A stretch of DNA of 64,000 nucleotides from Candidatus Enterousia sp. GTDB taxonomy: Bacteria; Pseudomonadota; Alphaproteobacteria; Rs-D84. Under the pieces are notes generated by a model that was not told the DNA's origin, searched no databases, and saw only the letters and a list, made by a program, of their open reading frames with translations. This document shows positions 1-9,244 of this stretch, piece by piece. The position numbers were made by a program, and so were the translations under genes. The stretch is taken from NCBI GenBank assembly GCA_045645645.1, contig JAZRJE010000016.1, positions 30,153 to 94,152 of the forward strand, given 5' to 3'. Position 1 is the stretch's first letter. Each line of letters opens with the position of its first letter.

Positions 1-346
1 TTTCATAAAATATGAATTTGTCTGTTTTGTAAACAAAAGACTTTTCTGCACAAACCATTTTGCATTTTGTGATTTCTGCCATATTGTCATATTCAAATGG
101 TGTCAGATTTGTGTCTAGCAACAGTACTGTTGCCCCCAAATACCACAATGCAAACATTGTAATTGGAAATTCTGGAATATTGTGTGACAGAATACCAACA
201 ATATCACCTTTTGTTATGCCTGCTTTATCCAATGATGTGGCGCGTGCTTTGACCAGTTCAATAAACTGGGAATATGAAATGTTTTCACGGACCAGATACA
301 GATAGTCAGGGTATTTAGAAGCTGTTTGTTCCAGTAGTTTATACAT
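1..346 (-). CDS. AMP-dependent synthetase/ligase (acyl-CoA synthetase-like), N-terminal fragment running off the window edge
   Basis: Absent from the ORF track because no stop lies in the window. Manual reverse translation from ATG at 346..344 gives MYKLLEQTASKYPDYLYLVRENISYSQFIELVKARATSLDKAGITKGDIVGILSHNIPEFPITMFALWYLGATVLLLDTNLTPFEY. This is the typical N-terminal layout of ANL-superfamily adenylating enzymes. Confidence 0.6.
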   Translation of the reverse strand, partial: MYKLLEQTASKYPDYLYLVRENISYSQFIELVKARATSLDKAGITKGDIVGILSHNIPEFPITMFALWYLGATVLLLDTNLTPFEYDNMAEITKCKMVCAEKSFVYKTDKFIFYE

Positions 347-422
347 GTTCATGTTAAAAATTTCCTTGTTGTTTTTATATTGGACTGACGTTATTATAAC
401 TAAGAAAGAAAGGAAATCAAAC

Positions 423-1193
423 ATGAAAATACTAACGTTAAATATAAACAGTATTCGTGCACATGCGCAAAGTTTTATCGATATTTTACGTGGTGGTGAA
501 TATGATGTAATTATGGTCCAAGAATTGAAAGTTGAAAATGCGTCTTTTCCATATAATTTATTTGATGAATATGGATATAATATAAAGGTGTTTGGACAAA
601 AATCTTGGAATGGGGTGGCTGTGTTTTCAAAATATTCCATAGAAGATGTTGTTTGTGGAATGTCAACGTACCCAGATATTAATGCGCGTTTTATGGAATG
701 TGTTATCGATGGACGTATTCGTGTGATAAATGTTTATATGCCAAATGGTGATACTGTTGAATCACCAAAATTTCCGTATAAATTGGAATGGATGAATGCT
801 TTTACAAAATATATTGAACAATACACAGATTCAGAAGAAGCTGTCATAATAGGTGGGGACTTTAATGTTGCAATTGAAGACAGGGATGTTTGGAAACCTA
901 AAAATTATGAAGGTATTGCAATTGCTGCACCACAGGCACGTGCAATAATGCGTGGTTGGTTAGATATGGGGTGGGCAGATGTGTGGCGTGTGTTGCATCC
1001 AGATGAAACGGGATACACATGGTATGGATATCGTGGACGTGATACGCTTGGTAATAAACAAGGGTTGCGTTTGGATTATTTCCTGTGTAACAAGACGGCA
1101 ATGGAAATGGTAAAATGTTGTGAGGTTGATATTGAACCAAGGTTGGCAGAAAAGCCTACAGATCATTGTGGTTTGATGTTAATGTTGAAATAA
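423..1193 (+). CDS. xth: Exodeoxyribonuclease III / AP endonuclease (EEP fold)
   Basis: MKILTLNINSIRAH..., GGDFNV, LRLDYFL and C-terminal DHCGL motifs. ATG 423 is preferred over the upstream in-frame 345 because homologues start at MKI..N.NS. Confidence 0.9.
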   Translation: MKILTLNINSIRAHAQSFIDILRGGEYDVIMVQELKVENASFPYNLFDEYGYNIKVFGQKSWNGVAVFSKYSIEDVVCGMSTYPDINARFMECVIDGRIRVINVYMPNGDTVESPKFPYKLEWMNAFTKYIEQYTDSEEAVIIGGDFNVAIEDRDVWKPKNYEGIAIAAPQARAIMRGWLDMGWADVWRVLHPDETGYTWYGYRGRDTLGNKQGLRLDYFLCNKTAMEMVKCCEVDIEPRLAEKPTDHCGLMLMLK

Positions 1194-1216
1194 AAATCCC
1201 CATTTTGGGGATTTTT
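1192..1216. terminator. Bidirectional intrinsic terminator between convergent xth and yebC
   Basis: AAAAATCCCC (1192..1201), loop ATTTT, GGGGATTTTT (1207..1216). An A-run and a T-run flank a GC core, so it can act on both strands. Confidence 0.7.
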
Positions 1217-1235
1217 ATTTATTTATTTGTTTGTT

Positions 1236-1952
1236 TTATGCTGCTGCAGTAAATACTTTTTGAACGTCGTCATTTGCATCCAGCGCATCAACCAATTTTT
1301 CGATTTTTGCATATGCTTCATCATCTAAATCCATTGGCATGTTTGGAATCCATGTTAATTCAGCTTGTTCTGGTTCGCCCAGTTTATCAGCTAAGAATTT
1401 TTGTGCGTTGATAAAGTCTTCGGGCTTAGTTGTGATAATAAAGCCTTCTTCACTTGTTTCCAAGTTGTCTGCATTTGCGTCCATGATGATTTCCATCATT
1501 TCATCTTCTGTTTTGCCAATGGATGCAGGGTACATAATCTGACCGGCACGTGTGAACATAAATACAACAGAGCCTTCTTCACCCATGTTGCCACCATTTT
1601 TTGCAAATATATTACGGATTTCTGGCACAGTACGACGTGGGTTGTCTGTCAATGCTTCGACGATGACTGGAACAGCACCTGGACCATATCCTTCGTATCT
1701 AACTGCTTCGTAGTTTTCTGTGTTCGATCCAGACGCTTTTTCTATTGCGCGTTTAATGTTGTCGTTCGGCATAGAATTTTTACGTGCTGTCAAAATGGCT
1801 AAGCGTAAACGTGGGTTGTTGTCTGGGTTTTTATCCCCTAATTTTGCTGCCATTGTGATTTCGCGTGCTAATTTCGTAAACAGACCACTGCGTGCTGCGT
1901 CGGCTGCGCCTTTCTTGTGCTGAATATTATGCCATTTACTGTGTCCACTCAT
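1236..1952 (-). CDS. YebC/PmpR family DNA-binding transcriptional regulator
   Basis: MSGHSKWHNIQHKKGAADAARSGLFTKLAREI... is the invariant YebC N-terminus; full length 238 aa. Confidence 0.9.
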   Translation of the reverse strand: MSGHSKWHNIQHKKGAADAARSGLFTKLAREITMAAKLGDKNPDNNPRLRLAILTARKNSMPNDNIKRAIEKASGSNTENYEAVRYEGYGPGAVPVIVEALTDNPRRTVPEIRNIFAKNGGNMGEEGSVVFMFTRAGQIMYPASIGKTEDEMMEIIMDANADNLETSEEGFIITTKPEDFINAQKFLADKLGEPEQAELTWIPNMPMDLDDEAYAKIEKLVDALDANDDVQKVFTAAA

Positions 1953-2002
1953 ATTTGACCTTTTTATTTAATTAGATTAAAATTACCTCAAAAGGATAAC
2001 AG

Positions 2003-2596
2003 ATGATTGGCAAATTGCAAGGCATAGTTGACTATATCGGTGATGGATATGTAATTTTATTAGTTCATGGTGTTGGGTATAAGGTTTATACACCTGAATA
2101 TCTGACTCATAAATCAACGGTGGAACTGTGGATTGAAACAGTTGTCCGTGAAGATTCTATACGATTGTTTGGGTTTTCTTCATTGGCGTCCCAGGATTTG
2201 TTTAATATGTTGACGGGTGTGTCAGGTGTCGGACCAAAGGTCGCAATGGCTATCTTAGGTACAATAAGTACAGATATGCTTATGTCTGCAATTGCAACAG
2301 GTGATGCTAAAACAATTTCGACAGCACCAGGTGTTGGTAAAAAGGTCGCTGAAAAAATTATTGTTGAATTAAAAAATAAAATCGGTGGTGTGTCAGCAAC
2401 GTTGTTTGCACCAGATGTTGGGGGAGGAACAGGCATGGGGTCTGCGTTGCCAGATTTGTTGATGGCGTTAGAGGCACTTGGCTATCGTCGTTTGGATATC
2501 TTAGAAATGGCACAAAAATTGGTTAATGCAAATCCGACGGCGGATGTTGCGACGTTGGTCCCAATGGCGTTGAAAGAAATAAGTGGAAATAAATAA
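2003..2596 (+). CDS. ruvA: Holliday junction branch migration complex subunit RuvA
   Basis: MIGKLQG...V.GVGY.V, then LTGVSGVGPKVAMAIL and APGVGKKVAEKII helix-hairpin-helix pairs. SD AAAGGA lies upstream. Confidence 0.9.
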   Translation: MIGKLQGIVDYIGDGYVILLVHGVGYKVYTPEYLTHKSTVELWIETVVREDSIRLFGFSSLASQDLFNMLTGVSGVGPKVAMAILGTISTDMLMSAIATGDAKTISTAPGVGKKVAEKIIVELKNKIGGVSATLFAPDVGGGTGMGSALPDLLMALEALGYRRLDILEMAQKLVNANPTADVATLVPMALKEISGNK

Positions 2597-2597
2597 C

Positions 2598-3899
2598 ATG
2601 AATAATAATGATACGATTTTTGCTTTATCAAGTGGACATGGTAAATCAGGGGTTGCGGTTATTCGCATATCGGGCGATAGTCTGCGTGATATATTTGAAA
2701 GGTTTATATGTAAATCAGATATAAAAAATAGATTTGCTTATTTTGTAAATCTGAATGATAAGGCAGGGGAATTGATTGATCAATGCTTGGCGATTTATTT
2801 CCCAGCACCACATTCTTTTACAGGCCAAGATGTTATTGAATTGCATACACATGGTGCGCCAGCTGTTATAAACAAGGTTTTTGAATATTTGTCGTCTTTG
2901 GGTATGCGTATGGCGGAACCTGGTGAATTTTCAAGACGTGCTTTTTATAACAATAAAATGGATTTGGCGGATGTTGATGGATTGGCGGCATTGTTGGATG
3001 CTCAGACTGATCAACAACGCAAACATGCGTTACGTTCGATGTTGGGTCAGGATAGTGAAATTTACAATGCGTGGCGAAATCAAATGGTTGAAATTTCTGC
3101 ATATGCGGTAGCAATGTTGGATTATAGTCCTGATGATTTGCCAGCAAATATTGGTGATACAATTTTTGTTCGCACAAAAAAATTGTATGATGAAATTGGG
3201 ATTGCTTTGCGTGGATATCATACAGCACGTGCAATTCGTGGTGGGGTAAATGTTGCGCTGGTTGGTGAAACAAATGTTGGAAAATCTTCAATGTTTAATT
3301 ATATGGTGGGATCAAATCGTGCAATTGTGTCAGATATTGCAGGAACAACGCGCGATGTTGTGTCGGCGACAATCGATATTGATGGGTATATGGTAAATCT
3401 GTTAGATACAGCTGGAATTCGTGAAACGACGGATGTAATAGAGACAATTGGTATTGAACGTACGAAGTCTGAAATTGAAAATGCAGATATTGTTATTCGT
3501 GTCTATACGCCAGAAAATGTGAAAAATGTTGAATGTGGTCAGAATGAAATTGTTGTAATTAATAAGTCTGATACGACAACAGTATGTGATTGTTCAGATG
3601 TTATTCATACTTCCGTAAAGACTGGATGTGGAATGGAGAAGTTGATGGAGGTTCTGTGTCAAAAAATTCATGAAATGTTTGATGCGCGTGAACATGATTT
3701 ATCAATAAATGCACGTACGAAGGCGTTGTTGGATTTAGCTTATAATGAATTGGAGTGTGCAATAAAGGCAAATGATAATTATGATATTTTTGCAGAACAT
3801 GTGCGTCGTGCTGCAGAAGCAATCGGTAAAATACTGGGGGCCATAACTGCGAACGAAATTCTGGATATGACATTTGGGCAATTATGTTTGGGTAAATAA
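2598..3899 (+). CDS. mnmE: tRNA uridine-5-carboxymethylaminomethyl modification GTPase MnmE
   Basis: DTIFALSSGHGKSGVAVIRISG, G-domain GETNVGKSS and DTAGIRET, and C-terminal FCLGK-type ending (QLCLGK). ATG 2598 lies 1 nt after the ruvA stop; the track ORF starts at an upstream GTG (2583). Confidence 0.9.
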   Translation: MNNNDTIFALSSGHGKSGVAVIRISGDSLRDIFERFICKSDIKNRFAYFVNLNDKAGELIDQCLAIYFPAPHSFTGQDVIELHTHGAPAVINKVFEYLSSLGMRMAEPGEFSRRAFYNNKMDLADVDGLAALLDAQTDQQRKHALRSMLGQDSEIYNAWRNQMVEISAYAVAMLDYSPDDLPANIGDTIFVRTKKLYDEIGIALRGYHTARAIRGGVNVALVGETNVGKSSMFNYMVGSNRAIVSDIAGTTRDVVSATIDIDGYMVNLLDTAGIRETTDVIETIGIERTKSEIENADIVIRVYTPENVKNVECGQNEIVVINKSDTTTVCDCSDVIHTSVKTGCGMEKLMEVLCQKIHEMFDAREHDLSINARTKALLDLAYNELECAIKANDNYDIFAEHVRRAAEAIGKILGAITANEILDMTFGQLCLGK

Positions 3900-3921
3900 A
3901 AATCCCCGTTTGGGGATTTTT
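3898..3921. terminator. Bidirectional intrinsic terminator between convergent mnmE and secB
   Basis: AAAAATCCCC, loop GTTT, GGGGATTTTT. It overlaps the mnmE stop codon. Confidence 0.7.
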
Positions 3922-3928
3922 ATTTAGG

Positions 3929-4354
3929 TTATTTTGCCTGCTTTTGTTCGTATAATTGAGCAAAATCAACAGGTTGCATTGAAAATGCAGGGAACCCAGA
4001 TTCGCTGGTCAAGCGTGTGATTAAGCTGCGTACAGCAGGGAACAACATTGTTGGTACATCGATTAATAAAGTGCGTTTTTTTGCTTCATCGTCTTTTTCT
4101 TCTTCCATTTGAACCAAACCAGAATATGTTGTTTCAATCAAGAATATGGATTTGTCGCCATCGTTTAATTTTGAATGTACTTTTACAATCAAGTCGACCA
4201 TAAATAGATTGTTTTCTGCGCCCTTAACCTGAAGGTCAATATTGATTTCCATTTTGGCCTGGTTGTTTTCTTGTTTGAAAAACAGTTCTGGAACATTTGG
4301 GCTTTCAAAAGAAATATCTTTCAAAAACTGTGAAATGATATTGAATTTTGCCAT
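3929..4354 (-). CDS. secB: Protein-export chaperone SecB
   Basis: 141 aa. MAKFNIISQFLKDISFESPNVPELFF... and FPAVRSLITRLTSESGFPAFSMQPVDF match the SecB family layout. Confidence 0.85.
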   Translation of the reverse strand: MAKFNIISQFLKDISFESPNVPELFFKQENNQAKMEINIDLQVKGAENNLFMVDLIVKVHSKLNDGDKSIFLIETTYSGLVQMEEEKDDEAKKRTLLIDVPTMLFPAVRSLITRLTSESGFPAFSMQPVDFAQLYEQKQAK

Positions 4355-4458
4355 TATTTTATCTCCTTTTCTGGCGGTTCAAGACACTGGACTTATGTTT
4401 GCCTTTTATGATAATATAACATTATAAATTTATTTTACAAGTGGGGGATGGGTAAAAA

Positions 4459-5547
4459 ATGAGAAATTTGGTTTTTTGTGCTTTTTTAGCAATTTGTGCG
4501 GTTTTTGTTTTGGCATCTTGTGATTTGTCTGCACCAACCCAGTCTGTCGATAATTCGGTATTACCATCTAATTTTAAGCGTGTGTCTTATTCGCAAATGC
4601 CAGGGTGGCGTGATGACGATGTGCGATATGCATTGCAGGCTTTTCGAAATTCTTGTAAGGCAAGAATTCAGTACGTCGGTCAGGTGCGACCAGATAAGGA
4701 GTTGTTCGAAGAAAAGTGTCGAATGTTGCCAAGTGCGTCTGCGGATGTAAAGACAATTCGTGCATGGTTCGAATCTCATTTCCAACCATATCAAATATTT
4801 AATGATAATGGTGGCGATAAGGGGACGTACACTGGATATTATTCTCCAATAATCCCTGCGTGTCGTACAAAAACGGCCCAGTGTAATGAGCCACTAATGG
4901 GTATTCCAACAGATGGAAGAAACTATAAGGGTGTTGCAAAAAAAGATATTGTTGAAAAACAAATTGGACGTGTGTTGTATTGGGCAAATATTGTCGATGT
5001 TCAGAATATTCAGATTCAGGGATCTGGTATGTTGAAACTGGAAGATGAAACAAAGGTCAAATTGAATTTTGCAGCAGTAAATGATTTGCCGTTTAAGTCA
5101 ATCGGTGAAGAGTTGCGTCGTCGTGGTATTAAACCTGCTGGTGGATATTCCGCTGATGCAGTTTGGACACATTTGAAACAAAATCCAAAATTGGCACGTG
5201 ATGTAATTTATACTAATCCACGTTATGTTTATTTTTATGAATCAAAACCAGCAGATGTAATTGGAAAATTGGGAACACCATTGTCTAAGATTAGAAGTGT
5301 TGCGATGGATGATGATTTGTATACGTTGGGGTTGCCTGTTTATATTAATACAAACCTATCGGATGGGCGTCCATTTCGCAGGTTGATGATTGCCCAGGAT
5401 ACAGGCAGTGCAATTCGTGGATGGATTCGTGCAGATATATTCTTTGGTTCTGGGGATGAGGCTTATAAGTTAGCACAGGGGCAACATGCCCAGGGGCAGA
5501 TGTTTATTTTGATGCCAAAAGTATATAGTTATGTCAAACCACAATAA
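4459..5547 (+). CDS. mltA: Membrane-bound lytic murein transglycosylase A (MltA-like), lipoprotein/secreted
   Basis: Signal/lipobox-like N-terminus (FVLASCDL). MltA-domain pattern (YYSPII..., NIQIQGSGMLKLEDE) and C-terminal 3D-domain pattern (IAQDTGSAIRG..RADIFFGSGDEA). Confidence 0.8.
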   Translation: MRNLVFCAFLAICAVFVLASCDLSAPTQSVDNSVLPSNFKRVSYSQMPGWRDDDVRYALQAFRNSCKARIQYVGQVRPDKELFEEKCRMLPSASADVKTIRAWFESHFQPYQIFNDNGGDKGTYTGYYSPIIPACRTKTAQCNEPLMGIPTDGRNYKGVAKKDIVEKQIGRVLYWANIVDVQNIQIQGSGMLKLEDETKVKLNFAAVNDLPFKSIGEELRRRGIKPAGGYSADAVWTHLKQNPKLARDVIYTNPRYVYFYESKPADVIGKLGTPLSKIRSVAMDDDLYTLGLPVYINTNLSDGRPFRRLMIAQDTGSAIRGWIRADIFFGSGDEAYKLAQGQHAQGQMFILMPKVYSYVKPQ

Positions 5548-5866
5548 CGATGATAAATTTTTAAAGCGTGTCGCGCGGCCACAAAGTATGGCTGGTGTTA
5601 TGGGGAGCTTTTTGAAAATTTTCGGTATACGTGCGTCGGATTCTGATTTGTCGGCACGTTGGGGTGAAATTATGGGCGCTGATATTGCAAGTCTAGCAGC
5701 GTTGGCGGCAATCAAAAAAATGCGTGATGATAAGTTTAATGTAACTATAAGACCTGTAAATCCAGCGTATACGCTACAATTATCGTATATGGTAGATGAG
5801 ATAAAATCGCGTATAAATAAATATTTTGGTTATGATGCAGTTGGAAAAATAAGTTTTAGAAAATAG
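5531..5866 (+). CDS. DUF721 (DciA-like) domain protein
   Basis: LSARWGEIMGADIASLA...FNVTIRPVNPAYTLQLSYMVDEIKSRINKYFGYDAVGKISFR follows the DUF721 pattern (W..vvG..ia..t.p.....L.v.v.s...a.eL......i..rin...g...v..i.f). It overlaps the mltA end by 17 nt. Confidence 0.55.
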   Translation: MSNHNNDDKFLKRVARPQSMAGVMGSFLKIFGIRASDSDLSARWGEIMGADIASLAALAAIKKMRDDKFNVTIRPVNPAYTLQLSYMVDEIKSRINKYFGYDAVGKISFRK

Positions 5867-5875
5867 GAGATTGGT

Positions 5876-6289
5876 ATGAGGCGTTTCTTTGTATTCTTAG
5901 CGTTCATTTTTGTGTTGGCTTCAATTGATATGTTATGGAATCCATCAGGTAATGGTTGGGCGTTTTTGTGTGAGTTTTTCTTTGTTGATTTGTTGTTTGT
6001 TGTTCTAACTATTCGAGTTGAAAGGGTAACAATAAAAGCTAAAGCTGTAGAAAGAGCAGGCTGGGGCAAAATAAAAAGATATGTTTTTAAAACCGATGAT
6101 GGACGTATCTTGTTAAATGTGCCATATTGGTTTAAGTTTAATACACTTAATTTGTGGAAAAAGATTAAGGTTGGAAACACATATCGAATAAAGACTATGC
6201 GTTTGTTGTTTTTTAGAAATGCATATAATATTTTGTCAGCGACTGAAATTAAAACAAACAAAAAACGTATTGTAAAAAAATCAAAATGA
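5876..6289 (+). CDS. Hypothetical small membrane protein (two predicted TM helices, basic C-terminal tail)
   Basis: Strong SD (AGGAG) 6 nt upstream of the ATG. Hydrophobic segments FFVFLAFIFVLASI and FLCEFFFVDLLFVVLTI. It overlaps the ruvC start by 4 nt. No family recognised. Confidence 0.45.
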   Translation: MRRFFVFLAFIFVLASIDMLWNPSGNGWAFLCEFFFVDLLFVVLTIRVERVTIKAKAVERAGWGKIKRYVFKTDDGRILLNVPYWFKFNTLNLWKKIKVGNTYRIKTMRLLFFRNAYNILSATEIKTNKKRIVKKSK

Positions 6290-6765
6290 CAAAGCGTGTG
6301 TTGGGAATTGACCCAGGACTTTTACATACAGGGTGGGCGGTTGTTGAATCGTGTGGGCAATCGCGCAAATATATCGCCAGTGGTGTGATTTTGCCAAAAA
6401 CATCGTTGCCGATGTCAGAGCGTTTGATGACTATATTTCGAGAGTTAACAAAGATATGTGAAACATTTGAGCCAGATGAGTGCAGTATTGAAATTATTTT
6501 TGTGAATAAAAATCCAAAAACTACATTGATTCTGGGACAGGCACGAAGCGCAGCAATCGTTGCAGTGGCGGATAAAAATATTCCAGTGTTTGAATATGAA
6601 CCAAACGTGATAAAAAAAGCATTAACTGGGGCAGGGCATGCAGATAAATCTGCGGTTGATAAAATGGTGCAAATTTTGTTGCCGATGGCACATCCAAAAA
6701 GTTCAGATGAAGCAGATGCGATTGCAATTGCGCTGGCGCATACGAATATGGTCAAGTTTGTATAA
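6286..6765 (+). CDS. ruvC: Crossover junction endodeoxyribonuclease RuvC
   Basis: RVLGIDPGLLHTGWAVVE (catalytic Asp), EIIFVNKNPKTTLILGQARSA, and SSDEADAIAIALAH (C-terminal acidic catalytic pair). Confidence 0.9.
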   Translation: MTKRVLGIDPGLLHTGWAVVESCGQSRKYIASGVILPKTSLPMSERLMTIFRELTKICETFEPDECSIEIIFVNKNPKTTLILGQARSAAIVAVADKNIPVFEYEPNVIKKALTGAGHADKSAVDKMVQILLPMAHPKSSDEADAIAIALAHTNMVKFV

Positions 6766-6782
6766 ATAAAATTTAATTTTTA

Positions 6783-6791
6783 TGATATAAT
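6783..6791 (+). promoter_or_regulatory. Extended -10 promoter element TGATATAAT, 7 nt upstream of the MFS ATG (leaderless candidate)
   Basis: TGATATAAT followed by TGCTTTC and then ATG at 6799, with no SD in between. The same module recurs at 62183 and, as a variant, at 26657. Confidence 0.45.
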
Positions 6792-6798
6792 TGCTTTC

Positions 6799-7989
6799 AT
6801 GGCAAGGGATAAATATATTTCGGTTAGTAATAAAGTTAATGGGTTTTCATTCGCAAATCTGGGATTGTTTACAGGTTTTGCAGATGGTATTTATAATGCT
6901 GTGTATTCGTTGGTGATTTTGGATATATTTCGTTCGTCAGCGGTTGTTGGTGTTTATGTCGCATTATATTCTGCTTTTTGTTTGGTGGTCGGTTTGTTCG
7001 CTAATGAAATATTTAGAAGGTTCTCAAAAGTTCGCGTGTTTTATTTTGTTTTGTTAATGTTGGCGATTTGTTATGCGATGATGAGTTTTTCTATTTTGCC
7101 AAGAACATTTATAATTCTTGATTTTACCAGCGGTATTGCAGCGGTTTTGGTGGGAATGTTGATACCACTGTTTATGTCTGATTTTTCACGTAATATTGGA
7201 ATGGCACGTCTGAATGCCAGATATCATTTATGGGTGAATATTGGCGCGTTGTTTGCACCGATGTTAGCGGTGGTTGTTGCAGAACATTTTGGAACAAACA
7301 GGTCGGCTTTTTTTGCATCGGCTGTGATATATTTAGCTGCATGGGCAATGTTTAAATATTTTGCCATTGTGCAGCAAGATAAAAAAATTAAACCTGTTAA
7401 TCCCAGACGTACGTTTAAAGCATTGTGGAAAAATACCGTTGCGTTTTTTAAAACCCCAGGGTTAACACGTGCATATTTGGTCAATTTTGGATATTATTCG
7501 CTGCGTGCTTTGCGTGTGCTGTATGTTCCAATTATGGTTATAGAAGCTGGATTTAGTAAAGATACACTTGGGTGGGTTTTGACATTGGGGATTATTCCTT
7601 ATTTATTGCTGAGTGAGACGATGGGAAAATTAGCTAAGCGGTATGGTAATAACTTATGGATGATGTTGGGTTTTTTGTCTTTTGCTGGGTTGGCGGCGTG
7701 TGCGACGGTTGCAACAGGTTATCCTTTGTTGGTGATATTTGTTGCGTGGCAGGTATCGGGTGCGTTGATGGAATCTGTGCATGATTTGTTGTTCTTTGAT
7801 GCGACAAAAAAATCACAGCAAACAAAGTATTACGGGGTGTTTAGAACAAGTGCGAATTTGCCAAGTGTAATTGTTCCTGTTGTTGGGGCGGCGGTGATTT
7901 CTGTGTTTGGTGCAACATCCGCTGTGTGGTGGGTCAGTGCCGCTGTTGGTGTTTTGGCAACGGTTGTTTTGTTGGCAGAAAATAGATAA
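6799..7989 (+). CDS. MFS-type transporter (about 12 TM)
   Basis: 396 aa, hydrophobic throughout with regularly spaced helices. The central loop QQDKKIKPVNPRRTFKALWKN divides it into two 6-TM halves. Confidence 0.7.
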   Translation: MARDKYISVSNKVNGFSFANLGLFTGFADGIYNAVYSLVILDIFRSSAVVGVYVALYSAFCLVVGLFANEIFRRFSKVRVFYFVLLMLAICYAMMSFSILPRTFIILDFTSGIAAVLVGMLIPLFMSDFSRNIGMARLNARYHLWVNIGALFAPMLAVVVAEHFGTNRSAFFASAVIYLAAWAMFKYFAIVQQDKKIKPVNPRRTFKALWKNTVAFFKTPGLTRAYLVNFGYYSLRALRVLYVPIMVIEAGFSKDTLGWVLTLGIIPYLLLSETMGKLAKRYGNNLWMMLGFLSFAGLAACATVATGYPLLVIFVAWQVSGALMESVHDLLFFDATKKSQQTKYYGVFRTSANLPSVIVPVVGAAVISVFGATSAVWWVSAAVGVLATVVLLAENR

Positions 7990-8054
7990 GAATTTCTTGC
8001 TTTTTTTGTGTTTCCTAGCTAAGATTTTATTAAGAAAATAAAGGGGAAAATTAT

Positions 8055-9128
8055 ATGGCGAAAAAAGAAGTGGTAAAAGACGGTGCGCCAGCAAAAAATC
8101 CAGCATTGGAATCTGCGCTGGCACAAATTCAAAAGCAATTTGGTAAAGAAGCAATTATGAAGATGGGTGATGGATCGCAACAGAATATAGAAGCGATTTC
8201 ATCGGGGTCGCTCGGATTGGATATTGCGTTGGGGGTCGGTGGTTATCCAAAGGGACGTATTGTTGAAATTTATGGACCAGAAAGCTCTGGTAAAACAACG
8301 CTGGCGTTGCATGCGGTTGCAGAATCTCAGAAGAAGGGCGGAACCTGTGCGTATATTGATGCTGAAAATGCGTTGGACCCAAGCTATGCAAAAAAATTAG
8401 GTGTAGATGTTTCAAATTTGATTATTTCACAGCCTGATTCAGGGGAACAGGCATTGGAAATTGCAGATACGTTGATTAAGTCTGGGGCGGTTGATGTTGT
8501 GGTAATTGATTCTGTTGCGGCATTGGTGCCAAAGGCTGAATTAGAAGGCAATATAGGGGATTCTTTTGTTGGTACAACAGCACGATTGATGAGTCAGTCA
8601 TTAAAGAAATTGGCGGGTTCGGTATCACGTAGTAATACACTGCTTATCTTTATTAACCAAATCCGTATGAAAATCGGTGTTATGTTTGGTAATCCAGAAA
8701 CAACATCTGGTGGTAATGCGCTGAAATTCTATGCGTCTGTACGTCTGGATATTCGTCGTACTGGTCAGATTAAAGACAAAGAAAATATTGTTGGTAATGA
8801 AACACGTGTTAAAGTGGTTAAAAATAAAGTTGCGCCACCATTCCGTACAGTTGATTTTAAAATCATGTATGGCGAAGGTATTTCCAGAATCAGCGAAATC
8901 TTGGATATGGGTGTCAAATATGATTTGATTGAAAAGGCAGGTAGCTTCTATTCATACAATAGTGAACGTATGGGCCAGGGTGAGGCAAATGCACGTCAAT
9001 GGTTGAAGGATCATCCAGATGTTCAAGAAGAACTGCTGAATAAGATTATGGCACGTTCATCGGGAATTGCCGAAGAAATGACAACGGGACCCGTTGATGA
9101 TGACGATGTAATGCCAACCGAGGAATAA
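8055..9128 (+). CDS. recA: Recombinase RecA
   Basis: [18 protein letters not shown], Walker [40 protein letters not shown], and an acidic C-terminal tail. Confidence 0.97.
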   Translation: MAKKEVVKDGAPAKNPALESALAQIQKQFGKEAIMKMGDGSQQNIEAISSGSLGLDIALGVGGYPKGRIVEIYGPESSGKTTLALHAVAESQKKGGTCAYIDAENALDPSYAKKLGVDVSNLIISQPDSGEQALEIADTLIKSGAVDVVVIDSVAALVPKAELEGNIGDSFVGTTARLMSQSLKKLAGSVSRSNTLLIFINQIRMKIGVMFGNPETTSGGNALKFYASVRLDIRRTGQIKDKENIVGNETRVKVVKNKVAPPFRTVDFKIMYGEGISRISEILDMGVKYDLIEKAGSFYSYNSERMGQGEANARQWLKDHPDVQEELLNKIMARSSGIAEEMTTGPVDDDDVMPTEE

Positions 9129-9144
9129 ATCAAAGGGGGATAAC

Positions 9145-9165
9145 ATGAAAGATATAGAAGAATAA
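9145..9165 (+). CDS. Mini-ORF 1 downstream of recA (MKDIEE), speculative
   Basis: SD AGGGGGA lies 5-6 nt upstream of ATG 9145. It has 6 codons plus TAA. Below the ORF-track cutoff. Confidence 0.2.
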   Translation: MKDIEE

Positions 9166-9182
9166 AACCAAGGAGGTAAGAT

Positions 9183-9239
9183 ATGCGTGAGACAGAATAT
9201 ATTTATCGAAAAATAAAAAAAGAATCAGATGAATGGTAA
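9183..9239 (+). CDS. Mini-ORF 2 downstream of recA (MRETEYIYRKIKKESDEW), speculative small protein or leader
   Basis: Consensus SD AAGGAGG lies 6 nt upstream of ATG 9183. It has 18 codons plus TAA and is followed 5 nt later by an 11-bp perfect hairpin. Confidence 0.3.
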   Translation: MRETEYIYRKIKKESDEW

Positions 9240-9244
9240 GATTG

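Noticed and set aside
60-305. 81-aa plus-strand ORF at the window start
   Set aside because: It lies antisense to a much more convincing AMP-ligase N-terminal reading frame (1..346, minus strand). It has no SD and no recognisable family.
2003-6765. Missing ruvB between ruvA and ruvC as evidence of gene loss or a pseudogene
   Set aside because: ruvA is followed 1 nt later by intact mnmE, with no ruvB remnant in any frame. The simplest explanation is that ruvB is encoded elsewhere, so this is a rearrangement that cannot be judged from this window.
7990-8054. SOS (LexA) box upstream of recA
   Set aside because: The spacer contains neither the alphaproteobacterial GTTC-N7-GTTC direct repeat nor a CTGT-N8-ACAG palindrome.
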